DNA of 64,000 nt, taken from the NCBI GenBank assembly GCA_017940265.1, contig JAGAYY010000025.1, positions 711-64,710 of the forward strand, read 5' to 3'. The notes below the pieces were generated by a model. It worked only from the letters and a program-made list of their open reading frames with translations. It was not told the origin of the DNA and ran no database searches. This stretch comes from Bacilli bacterium. GTDB lineage: Bacteria > Bacillota_I > Bacilli_A > RFN20 > CAG-826. Below are positions 9,325 to 18,036 of the stretch, piece after piece (within the stretch, counting starts at the first letter, position 1; each line of letters opens with the position of its first letter). The position numbers and the translations under genes are program-made.

Positions 9325-10339
9325 AATCTAATAGTTTAACAGTAATCTTGAGGAGATGATAATCTTTATCCTCAACTAATTTTCCCATTGTTTCTTTACT
9401 AATCTGATCAAAGTCCCAATTTTCTCCAGCTTCTTTCTTTAAACCTTCGAATAATTCGCCATATGCTCGATTAGTATAGATAAGATAATTTGATCCTCCT
9501 ATTCGAATAAATCTAGGAATATGGCTGAAGGTTAAGTATTTTGAGTTAGGATCTTTTAAGAAATCAGAAACTATATCCTCTGTAAATATAGCAAATTTCT
9601 TTTCCTCGCTATCATAGAGCAGATTATTTACTATACCAAAGGAATCATACATAGTAATATCATGAATAACACTATGTCGACCATGAATAGGAAAGCTACT
9701 AATAGTCCAGTCTACTCTCCCGATAGGCTCTCCGAAGAAAGCACTCACAATAGCCTTAGTTCTAGTGTCTTTCTTAGCTGTTTCATTGTAAAAACCTTCT
9801 GGAGAATCACTATTATCATTTCCTCCATATAACCACGAATCTCTGGAAAATAAATAATGCTTAATAACATCTTCATTTTCTGTTATCTCTTCGAAGATAT
9901 CATGAGAATTGTGATCTATTTCTGGGTAATCATAATATACGTTCTCTGGATCTTCTGCTTCTTTTAATCTTTGAGTATATTCTGTTATCCATTCGAACTC
10001 AACATCCTTAACTTCAAATAACTTCATCAATAACTTTTTAAATTTAGATATTGATTTTTTACCATTAAACTCTACGATATCAGAACAATAGATACCACAG
10101 AGATAATGTAGCTTAGTTAATAAGGTGTTAGTTTTAAAATATCCCCAACCAAAATCTTCACTTCTTTTTGGAATCTTGAGTACACCATTTATAATTTCTA
10201 TATCCCATTCTGGATCTCCTGGTTTAATTAGGTTGGAATCAGACATTGATATAGAAACCGCATGGGACGAAGAAGAGTTAGTTTCTGGCAATCCAATTCT
10301 TCTAACTATTTTAATTTTATTTTTCATTTTTTCGCCCAA
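9305..10339 (-). CDS. hypothetical protein, first gene of the leftward operon
   Basis: 344-aa ORF overlapping the radical SAM gene by 20 nt. Confidence 0.5.
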   Translation of the reverse strand: MGEKMKNKIKIVRRIGLPETNSSSSHAVSISMSDSNLIKPGDPEWDIEIINGVLKIPKRSEDFGWGYFKTNTLLTKLHYLCGIYCSDIVEFNGKKSISKFKKLLMKLFEVKDVEFEWITEYTQRLKEAEDPENVYYDYPEIDHNSHDIFEEITENEDVIKHYLFSRDSWLYGGNDNSDSPEGFYNETAKKDTRTKAIVSAFFGEPIGRVDWTISSFPIHGRHSVIHDITMYDSFGIVNNLLYDSEEKKFAIFTEDIVSDFLKDPNSKYLTFSHIPRFIRIGGSNYLIYTNRAYGELFEGLKKEAGENWDFDQISKETMGKLVEDKDYHLLKITVKLLDYGSYEV

Positions 10340-10366
10340 GACCTCCCTTATTTCTATCTAGGAGGT

Positions 10367-10379
10367 CTCATGAATAAGG
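10367..10379 (-). promoter_or_regulatory. CCTTATW-NN-TGNN box (ccttattcatgag), leftward
   Basis: Lies 28 nt upstream of ATG 10339 in a divergent intergenic region. Confidence 0.4.
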
Positions 10380-10388
10380 AAATCAACT

Positions 10389-10401
10389 CCTTATATATGT
10401 G
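10389..10401 (+). promoter_or_regulatory. CCTTATW-NN-TGTW box (ccttatatatgtg), rightward
   Basis: The GTG start of ORF 10399 forms the last 3 nt of the box. Confidence 0.4.
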
Positions 10402-10689
10402 ATTGACTATATTTTATATATAAGTACAGAGAATGATGTTTATGCATTATTAATAGGTGATATAATTATAGCAACACCAAGATTTACTAGGAAAAAGAAA
10501 ATTCATAATATTTCTAGGTTATTTTGCATTCATATGGTTGTTATTAGTAAGGATATACCAGAAAATATGAAAGAAATAGCCTCAGGGAAAATTAAGAGAT
10601 CTGATATTTATAATATTATCCGACGTAAGTTTAATCCGGATGAACCAGCTTATAAGATGTGGACAGATTATATAAATACTATTACATAA
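10399..10689 (+). CDS. hypothetical small protein (GTG start)
   Basis: 96-aa ORF, the first in a rightward series of small basic ORFs. Confidence 0.4.
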   Translation: MIDYILYISTENDVYALLIGDIIIATPRFTRKKKIHNISRLFCIHMVVISKDIPENMKEIASGKIKRSDIYNIIRRKFNPDEPAYKMWTDYINTIT

Positions 10690-10964
10690 GAGATCTCGGG
10701 TGTTCTAGATTTTGGATTTATAATCAAGAAAATGATAAAACCATATACATTCAGATAGAACATGGCCCTCTTAGGTATTGGAATAAGAAGATACATAATC
10801 CTATCAGACATGCTCTTCATTATTCTATTCCAAAGTATAGAAATCTTCCTGAAATAAAAATAGGCCAACTTCCAGGATTTACAGGATATATAGGAGAAAA
10901 AGATTTACAAAAATTATATACAGCATCAGGAAATGAATTACCAGTACAAAAGAACAGAATCTAA
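10659..10964 (+). CDS. hypothetical small protein
   Basis: 101-aa ORF. Confidence 0.35.
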   Translation: MDRLYKYYYIRDLGCSRFWIYNQENDKTIYIQIEHGPLRYWNKKIHNPIRHALHYSIPKYRNLPEIKIGQLPGFTGYIGEKDLQKLYTASGNELPVQKNRI

Positions 10965-11385
10965 TTATATAGTAGCACTTAAGTCTGGAAAATACTTACT
11001 TCTAACAAATAAAGGAAGAATATCAAATAAGAAACATAGATTTATCAGACTTAACAAATTTGATATTGAAGTAAAGTATTATGATGTTGAGGGTAAAACT
11101 TATATGATCAAGAAACCTCAACTTCTTAAGGTTCTGAGAAAAGGTGTCCCGGATGGAGAATCAACAAGAAAAGCTATTTTTGAAGAGTTTGGAACTGAGA
11201 TTTTTGGACTAACGGATTACGAAAGAAGATATTTTACTGCTAACTTCCGGAGTAGACAAAGATTAGAAGCATTCCTAAAAACATTAGGTAGAGGTGGAGG
11301 ATATTACCCATTTGAGGAAGGATCTATATACATTAACAGAACTAAAGTTAAGAAAGCCCTTAGAGAATTATATGTTACAGAGTAG
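10933..11385 (+). CDS. hypothetical protein
   Basis: 150-aa ORF. Confidence 0.4.
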   Translation: MNYQYKRTESNYIVALKSGKYLLLTNKGRISNKKHRFIRLNKFDIEVKYYDVEGKTYMIKKPQLLKVLRKGVPDGESTRKAIFEEFGTEIFGLTDYERRYFTANFRSRQRLEAFLKTLGRGGGYYPFEEGSIYINRTKVKKALRELYVTE

Positions 11386-11716
11386 CTATAGATGTAGAGT
11401 TGATCTTTTTCCAGAATTACGTCAACTTAATATTCTAGTGTATCTTGGAAATAGGGTTAAGGGAGATAGAACAAGAAAGGTAACTATTGAACTGTCTTCT
11501 CCTAGCTATAGACGAAAATCTAAAGGAATACCACCACCAAAAGATAAATATGTATTATCTCTAGGTTATGTGATGAAAGATAAACGTTTTCCAAGAACTA
11601 TGTCGCGTTCAGTCCTAGTAGATTTTATAAAACGAGCATTTGAAAGAAAAGATGGAATGCGTGAAAGAGCTTTGGAAATTGTTTATTCAGTGGATCCAAG
11701 CCCAATTGATATCTAA
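11372..11716 (+). CDS. hypothetical basic protein (start trimmed to MLQSSYRC)
   Basis: The tracked ORF 11294-11716 overlaps its upstream neighbour by 92 nt. An internal ATG at 11372 reduces the overlap to 14 nt. Confidence 0.35.
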   Translation: MLQSSYRCRVDLFPELRQLNILVYLGNRVKGDRTRKVTIELSSPSYRRKSKGIPPPKDKYVLSLGYVMKDKRFPRTMSRSVLVDFIKRAFERKDGMRERALEIVYSVDPSPIDI

Positions 11717-11760
11717 ATTGACAAAACACGTATCAGACAGCCTAAGATCCTTATCACTGA

Positions 11761-11803
11761 GAGAGAAGAACAGTATACCCACTGTTTTCTTCTTTCTCTT
11801 TTT
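11761..11803 (+). terminator. rho-independent-type terminator
   Basis: Imperfect hairpin gagagaagaacagt/actgttttcttctttctc followed by TTTTT. Confidence 0.5.
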
Positions 11804-11946
11804 AACTGGACTCTGCAAATCGACAAAACGCGCTCTAGAAAGGCAGAGAACCTTATACCCGAAAGAGCTTAGGTGTTACTATTAAATTCTGGAATAAAAT
11901 AGCCACTAAGTCTCTTTAATAATTGTATAAACTAAATATTAAAAGA

Positions 11947-13008
11947 ATGAATGATGATTTTCTTTTAGATGACGATGATTCCGAGCTGAATGAAGCCGGA
12001 TATTATCAGCAACCACCTCCAGAAGACGAAGATGACGCTGGAGATGAAGAAGAATCTAGTGAAGAAGAATTAACAACTAAAGAGTATGATGGCAAATTAA
12101 ATGACTTCGAATTAAAGTGTATCTTGGGGTATGATGATATTCAAAAGTATGGAAAATCTTCAGAGGATTTCATGATGGATGCCCTACTCGTTATTGTAGG
12201 TACAAACCCTTACCATGAGTCAAGCAAAACTATTGCAGATATAACACGTAGTGTATTAGGTAGAAATGGACATAATCGAGTTGCAAATACTCTCTATACT
12301 GCTGAAGATACTACTCTTACAGGTGTAGATGTTGATGAAGATTTTCTGGACAAAGAGGATTCTAAGTTTAACCAAGAATTTACAGAGGAAGCAAGACGAA
12401 TGATAGCTGATTTTATTGACTATCTAGCAAATCGTGACCTCTCTAAGGATTCAGTGTTTTCTCGGAATCGAAAGCTTAGAAATATCCCTGCGCTAATTAT
12501 TCTTTTGTTCAGCTCTAACTTGTATGGATTAATTGTAGGTATCGAAACACTCCCGAAAGTTTATGCAGATCAAGTAGATAATGCTTTCAATATTATAACC
12601 AGGCGTAAGCAGGATATAGTTGAAGAGTTAGCTAGAGCATATGAAGAAAGAGGAAGACAGATTGTAGCAGATAGAGTTAGGAGAATGGGTATCGCATGGT
12701 TTGAGCGCGAGCCAGCAGAAATCCGAGTCTTAGCTGAATTTGCTGATCTGGAATTAACCTATGATGATGTTGTCTTATATCGTGAATATCGTGTTAAATT
12801 TACTAATTCAAGTAAGACTATCACACAGGATTATATTTCAGATTTAATCGAAGTGGTTATTGATCCAGAAGCAGGTATCTATGAGCGCCTTAAGGACAAA
12901 ACAAGATCCGAGGCTATTGCAGATGTTAAGCAAATTTGGAAACAATGGGCTACAGAGAATGCACAAGATTCAGAACTCGCCAAGAAAATTATTTGGAAAT
13001 CAATTTAA
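11947..13008 (+). CDS. hypothetical protein with a strongly acidic N-terminus, immediately upstream of the beta-prime homologue
   Basis: ATG at 11947 (the track start 11923 is TTG). Residues 1-45 are D/E-rich. Confidence 0.5.
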   Translation: MNDDFLLDDDDSELNEAGYYQQPPPEDEDDAGDEEESSEEELTTKEYDGKLNDFELKCILGYDDIQKYGKSSEDFMMDALLVIVGTNPYHESSKTIADITRSVLGRNGHNRVANTLYTAEDTTLTGVDVDEDFLDKEDSKFNQEFTEEARRMIADFIDYLANRDLSKDSVFSRNRKLRNIPALIILLFSSNLYGLIVGIETLPKVYADQVDNAFNIITRRKQDIVEELARAYEERGRQIVADRVRRMGIAWFEREPAEIRVLAEFADLELTYDDVVLYREYRVKFTNSSKTITQDYISDLIEVVIDPEAGIYERLKDKTRSEAIADVKQIWKQWATENAQDSELAKKIIWKSI

Positions 13009-13011
13009 GTT

Positions 13012-13920
13012 ATGGGAATTTCACTAGAATTATTAACAGATGAGGATATACTTGACTATTCTCGGGAAGCAGGTGAAGATCATGTCCTAACTTCTAAGTC
13101 GGACCTGAACCTGAAATATGATAATATTCGCCCTATCGTAGGTGGATGTTATGACCCGGTGATTTTTGGTAGTCCTTTCGCAGATCGTTGTATTTGCGGT
13201 AAGATAAGACAACCTTCGAAATCACCTTGCCCGAATTGTGGAGTAAGAGTATATTCGAAAGAGGAAGCACTTAGAAGATTTGCTCGTATTGAATTGCCAT
13301 TCTATTATCTAAATGACCTGAGATTTGACATTTTCAAGCAGAAATTTGATACTATTTTTAAAGACACAAAGATTATTCTCAACTTTAGTGGTGATGATCT
13401 TAAGCGTCTAGGATATAGTGCAAGAGGAGCTAAGAAAATGGGTATTAAGGTCTTCGATATGTGTCAATTCGATTATAATCCCGACACTAAAGAACTAACT
13501 GTCAGTGAATTTATTACTGACGAGTCTAAATGTTCTTATGAAGGAATAATGAAAATAATCGAAGAGTATTTCCCCGAACATTTGACGGAATACAAGAAAC
13601 TAATTAACCGTTATTATCTTGTACTCCCTGCTGTTATGCGCCCCTTCACACTTACCTATAGAGATGGTAAAAAACTGATGGGAACGCACAAACTCAGTAT
13701 TTGGTATTCTTCTATTATTTGGCTTTGTTGCGTCGAAGATAAGAAGGGTGCAGATAAATTAAATTATGAAACGGTTATGGAGTCGCTCAAAACACCGGGC
13801 GAACGAGTTAGATATACGGCTCTCTTACGCGCTTACCTAAATGCTGGTAAAAAAGAAGCCACCGAACTCCTTAATACCTCTAAGGAAAATCTAGCACGTG
13901 AACTCTATGCCGTACGTACT
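13012..13920 (+). CDS. rpoC: RNAP beta-prime homologue, exon 1
   Basis: An N-terminal zinc-ribbon region is present (FGSPFADRCICGKI...CPNCGV...RFARIELPFYY). The exon ends in U at 13920, which is paired to the intron guide sequence. Confidence 0.75.
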
Positions 13921-14733
13921 AAGCAGAATTTTTGGTACGTGAAAGTTACTAATAGACTTTCTACTTGAATCCAAATCAAGTAAATTTTGTGTATTGCTGG
14001 AACCTCGTGAATGGGGAATCAGCAGCTTTACTTAGGGATTATTATTAAATAAAAATAGAAGATTATGAGAATACCAAGACTCTCCGAAGTTTCTGATTTC
14101 TCTGATCTCCTAGACTTCGATTTCTTTGATAGATCTGAACGAATGAAAGAACTACATCGGGAAGGACGTTACATTGGTACTTCCAAGATTGGTGTCTGGA
14201 ATAGATCAGAAGAAAAAAGAGAAAGAATGAAACGGATCCGAGAACAGAATCAGAAAGATAAAACTTCTCGGGGATATGGATCAGAGTATCATCAGCGTCA
14301 AGCTAATCGTACGCTCCTTCATAATAAGTTTCAAGGACTCAAAGGTTTTATGTACCTGCTCGAGTTCCCTAAAACTATTAAAGTAGGATTCTCGAAAAAC
14401 TGGGAAAGACGTACGAGTAAACAAATAATTGGTGGTCGAGTAGTATTAATTATCTCCGGCCCTACCAATAATCTGGCTGACTTGGAATTTGATACTTTAG
14501 TCGAGTTTCAAGATTTTACACAGCTGGATGAAACAGGAACTAGATATACTGAGTTCTTAGATAAAAAGGTTGCGCCAGAAGTATATGATTTCTTGATGGA
14601 ACACGCAGTATCCGACCCTACCCTAAAAGTCGAGGTACAGAATCCTCTCTAAAAGTAAAGTTCAACGACTATGTACAAAACTCTCGTAGAAGATATAGTC
14701 TATGTTAGGAAAAGGAAACTTACCTAACTAAAG
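13921..14733 (+). mobile_element. group I intron 1 (813 nt) carrying an endonuclease ORF
   Basis: Core elements: P ttgctggaacc 13994-14004, Q gaatcagcagc 14016-14026, R gttcaacgactatg 14660-14673, S agaagatatagtcta 14688-14702. Guide ggtacgtg (13934-13941) pairs 8 bp with the exon end, with U.G at 13920. A P9-like hairpin gttagg/cctaac is followed by taaaG at 14733. Confidence 0.7.
14065..14652 (+). CDS. intron-encoded T5orf172/GIY-YIG-like homing endonuclease
   Basis: 195 aa. The C-terminal half FMYLLEF...IKVGFSKNWERR...TEFL resembles the T5orf172 (GIY-YIG superfamily) pattern. The ORF sits between the Q and R elements. Confidence 0.5.
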   Translation: MRIPRLSEVSDFSDLLDFDFFDRSERMKELHREGRYIGTSKIGVWNRSEEKRERMKRIREQNQKDKTSRGYGSEYHQRQANRTLLHNKFQGLKGFMYLLEFPKTIKVGFSKNWERRTSKQIIGGRVVLIISGPTNNLADLEFDTLVEFQDFTQLDETGTRYTEFLDKKVAPEVYDFLMEHAVSDPTLKVEVQNPL

Positions 14734-14977
14734 AAAAATTCCGCACGTTGCCCGATTGTACCTGACATGAATCTTAAGATTGATGAGCTGGGGATCCCGA
14801 GACATATAGGATACGAAATGCTTAGGGAGGGCTTCATTGAATATTTAATGAAGGAACTCAACTTCACTAAAAAAGAAGCAATGAAGGCAACTAAGGAAGA
14901 AGCAACAAATCCGGAGACTCAGAAATTGTTTAAAGAATATGCAGAAAAACAATATGTATTGGTGAATAGACAACCGT
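14734..14977 (+). CDS. rpoC: RNAP beta-prime homologue, exon 2
   Basis: The exon 1-2 junction reads LYAVRT|KNSARCPIVPD...DELGIP (compare LMGKRVDFSARTVI...GVP in Rpb1-type sequences). The exon ends ...VLVNRQP plus T. Confidence 0.7.
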
Positions 14978-15138
14978 TAATAGTGGCGGCTTATGGTAAA
15001 AACTTTAAGAAAAGTTCATTAAATGCTAGAATGGTTTAGACCTAATTAGCAGCTTAGAATAATAAATTCTAAGTTCAACGACTATATATGAACCCTAGAT
15101 GATATAGTCTACGTTATTCAGGAATGAAATAACTATAG
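14978..15138 (+). mobile_element. group I intron 2 (about 161 nt, no ORF)
   Basis: Core elements: P aatgctagaatgg 15022-15034, Q ctaattagcagc 15042-15053, R gttcaacgactatat 15073-15087, S agatgatatagtct 15097-15110. Hairpin gttatt/aataac is followed by tataG at 15138. A short P1 forms between ccgt and gcgg. Confidence 0.6.
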
Positions 15139-16129
15139 CGCTTCACGAATACTCTATTTTCTGTGTAAAAATTAAACTAGTGGATGATTATACATTACAT
15201 TTTCCACCGGCCATCTGTTCTCCGCTTAACGCTGATTTTGACGGCGATACGGTGTCTATTCAGCTTGTGCCTGAAGATGTAGCTGAGGACACATATCGAA
15301 AAATGTCACCAAGATACGTAACGTATTATAAGAAAAATGGTAAACCTATTCCTGAGATAAACCATGAGGTACTTAATGGTTTAGCAGTATTATCGGAATG
15401 GACACCAGAATCTGCGGAAGAACTTAAGGAACCAAGATATTATTATGATGATTATGTTAAACTCCTCAAGGATGTTGAAGTAAATAAAGTAATAAAAGTT
15501 GGTACTCCTATAGTATTTACGGGCCAAATAGGAAAAGTTAAGTATCAGTCTGAAATAACAACCTATGGAAAAATTCGACTTTCTAAGATTCTCGAAAAGA
15601 ATATAGATGATCTCGGATTCACAAAAGATAAATACACTCGATTCGATGCAAAAGCTGCTACTAAATTGAGTGCTTACCTATGTGATTTCCCCGAAGATGG
15701 AGTTGAAAAGAGACTTGAGCTCCAGAAACTTTGTCTAAGAGTTGTTAGTTTGGCAGGTGTAGTAACATTTGATTATTCTACACTCTACACAGATACTAAT
15801 ACAGAAACCTACAAGGAAATTTGTAAGATTGCAGATTCACCAGACCTAACAGATCAGCAAAAATTATGTCTCCTTACTGAAAAATACGAAAAGTATGAGA
15901 AGGAGATCGAAGCGAGTTTCTCAGACGACCTTAAGAACGAATTAAATCGAGCAGGTCGTGTTAAGATAAGTAGCATATCAGCCTTGAATATGCCCCAACT
16001 AATTATTAGTGGTGTAGATGAACTTCCTGTAATTACTAGAGGTTCATTGTTATCAGGGTTATCAGAAAAAGATATGATATTCCATTCTATTGAGAACCGC
16101 TCATTACAATCCATAAAAGTTAGTGGCGT
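15139..16129 (+). CDS. rpoC: RNAP beta-prime homologue, exon 3 (catalytic NADFDGD)
   Basis: The exon 2-3 junction gives NRQP|SLHEYSIF. LNADFDGDTVSIQL lies downstream. The exon ends ...ENRSLQSIKVSG plus GT. Confidence 0.75.
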
Positions 16130-16481
16130 ATATTACATCAACCCCGAATAGATGGTGCGCTACTTAATAAAAATGCAGATTATTGCTGGAAAGAATGAAA
16201 TTTTTAATCAGCAGCTTATTATTATGAACACCAAGTCAATAGTATCAATCTTAATAACAGTCGGAACAATCTTATCCGGAATTGGCCAGCTCATACACGA
16301 ACTGGAAAACTCGCGCAAAAAGATGTCCGACGATAAGAAACATATGTAATAAGTTCAACGACTATATACTGTACTTAGATGATATAGTCTAATTGGTTAT
16401 GGATGAACATAACCCATAAGGCGTCGGAAGAAGATATTGCGCGTGAATCTTCAGTTCGTCTCCTTATTGACCAAATTCGGG
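16130..16481 (+). mobile_element. group I intron 3 (about 352 nt)
   Basis: Guide gcgctact (16157-16164) pairs 8 bp with exon agtggcgt, with U.G at 16129. Core elements: P 16183-16193, Q 16206-16215, R gttcaacgactatat 16353-16367, S 16377-16390. Using G 16481 as the 3' terminus restores SGV|SLTRQ. A structurally canonical alternative 3' site lies at 16420. Confidence 0.55.
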
Positions 16482-16824
16482 ATCACTTACTCGTCAAATT
16501 TCCTTCCTCTTAAATAATTACGTTTATCAGGATGGAGAAGACATAGAAAATCCTGGTCTACTTATTCCAAGATACAAGGCACTCGGAAGAACTGCCCCAA
16601 ATGGAAAAGTATACCCAGAAACTTACTCAGGCAAACCAAATGAAGACGACCTTGTTCCTGTTAGATCTATCCTTACTAAAAAGACCGGAGACTTAAATGT
16701 AGTAACTCCAGACTTGATCGGTAAGAAATTTAAAGATTTTACATCAGGAGCAGCTATCGGACTATCATTTGCACGTTCACTTACCGAAGGAACAACTCAG
16801 GCCGCACTAGGTTTGAAACACGGT
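16482..16824 (+). CDS. rpoC: RNAP beta-prime homologue, exon 4 (bridge helix to trigger loop)
   Basis: SGVSLTRQISFLL matches the NSGYLTRRLVDV region. GAAIGLSFARSLTEGTTQAALGLKHG matches GEAIGxIAAQSIGEPGTQLTMRTFHxGG. The ORF track missed this exon because it is short. Confidence 0.6.
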
Positions 16825-18036
16825 CGGAAAAATGACTGCTGTGTATAAATAAGTAAAAATGCTGGAAGGGTAGAATAACCAAATCAGCAGCTAGCATAAA
16901 ATTATTGGGCTTCTTAAAATTAATATGACAGAATTAATAACCTATAAAGGAAAACAATATGAAGTAACTAATCCAGGAGAACTAATATATAGTACAACAC
17001 ATTATCTCAGAGGTTGTAGAAAAGATAAACGATTTGAAATAGTAGATCAACTTAATGGATGTTCTGAAATTCAATAATCATTCAAGTTGTGGTAGTAGAA
17101 TAAAATACCTACAAACTAAATACGGATTAACTGAACTAGATTATTATATAATAGTAGTCTGTAGAGGAGATGAATCAAAGTTACCTAGATGTACTTACGT
17201 AAATCCATATACGGATGAAATATGTAACAAACCTAAGAAATTTCGAACATTAACTCCAGGATTATATTAAAGAACCGGAAAACGAAAAAGAATATTTCAT
17301 GAAGGGTGTGAAGAGCATGCAAGTAATGCAGCAGCTCAAATAGCACAACGAGAAAATTATAAACGTGGCGTTACTAGTCTCCAAAAAGCAGATAGAAAAT
17401 CTAAAGTTTGGAGAAAAACTAAGTCTTCATGCCAAGAAACAAATGGAAGAAGGTAATAGCATCTTTTCTCCAGATGATATCAGAAATGAAAATCTGCCTA
17501 GTTGGAAAAATTTTCAAGTTTTCCCATCAATAAATCATTATAAAGATATCGCAATTTCTCTTGGTATGGATGAGTATAACTTAAGTATCGAGAATTGTAT
17601 ATTAATTGATAAAATAAATTATATACGGAGAGGGAATCCTGAAGATATTTGTATCTATTATTTAACCTATTTTGAAGAAACTAGTGATTACTTTAAACCA
17701 GGTGTTACAATAGACTTAAAAGAAAGATCTAATACTGATTACCATGGATATAAATATAAAACTCCAGAAATATTATTTACATCTAGTCGATTAATTATTG
17801 CAGAAATCGAATATGAGGTAAAATTAAAATTTAAAGATTTCATAGTTTTAGGAAATGAAGCTTTTGATATCAAACACAAAGATGAAATCTTAGAATATAT
17901 AGAAGAACGAATTAACTATTATAATAAAAACGAAGCTCAAGATAGTTAATTATAAAAAAAAATAAAATGCTAGTTCAAAGACTAATATGCTTACAAAGAA
18001 GATATAGTCTATCCTTTTATAGAAATATAAAAGCCG
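16825..18036 (+). mobile_element. group I intron 4 (about 1.2 kb) with a fragmented endonuclease gene
   Basis: Guide gctgtgt (16838-16844) pairs 7 bp with exon acacggt, with U.G at 16824. Core elements: P 16857-16870, Q 16881-16891, R gttcaaagactaat 17973-17986, S 17997-18010. A hairpin cttttata-GAAA-tataaaag follows. The 3' terminal G is 18036 (18033 is also in frame). Confidence 0.6.
16925..17949 (+). pseudogene. intron-encoded T5orf172/GIY-YIG-like endonuclease, apparently split over three frames
   Basis: The coding sequence is in three pieces: 16925-17077 (frame 2), 17055-17270 plus an in-frame continuation after TAA (frame 0), and 17365-17949 (frame 1). The last piece carries ICIYYLTYF...KPGVTIDLKER...GNEAF. 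Confidence 0.4.

Noticed and set aside
11640-11885. An 81-aa ORF spanning the terminator and intergenic region before the RNAP block.
   Set aside because: It runs through a hairpin terminator and a promoter-like region, overlaps the previous gene, and has an odd composition. It is probably non-coding.
16152-16349. A 65-aa ORF inside intron 3 (MVRYLIKMQIIAGKNE...).
   Set aside because: It overlaps the intron guide sequence and the P/Q core elements. It is too small for any homing-endonuclease family and has no motif. It is most likely a chance ORF in AT-rich ribozyme sequence.
16421-16515. An apparent frameshift or premature stop in the beta-prime coding sequence. Frame 2 (ASEEDIARESSVRLLIDQIRDHLLVKFPSS*) and frame 0 (RRKKILRVNLQF...*) both terminate before the trigger-loop frame opens.
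   Set aside because: I first read this as a pseudogene or a programmed -1 frameshift, but no slippery heptamer is present. An 8-bp P1 places the 5' splice site at 16129. Using G 16481 as the intron end joins directly to the frame carrying SLTRQ...YVYQDGED...trigger loop. The region is therefore better explained as intron sequence.
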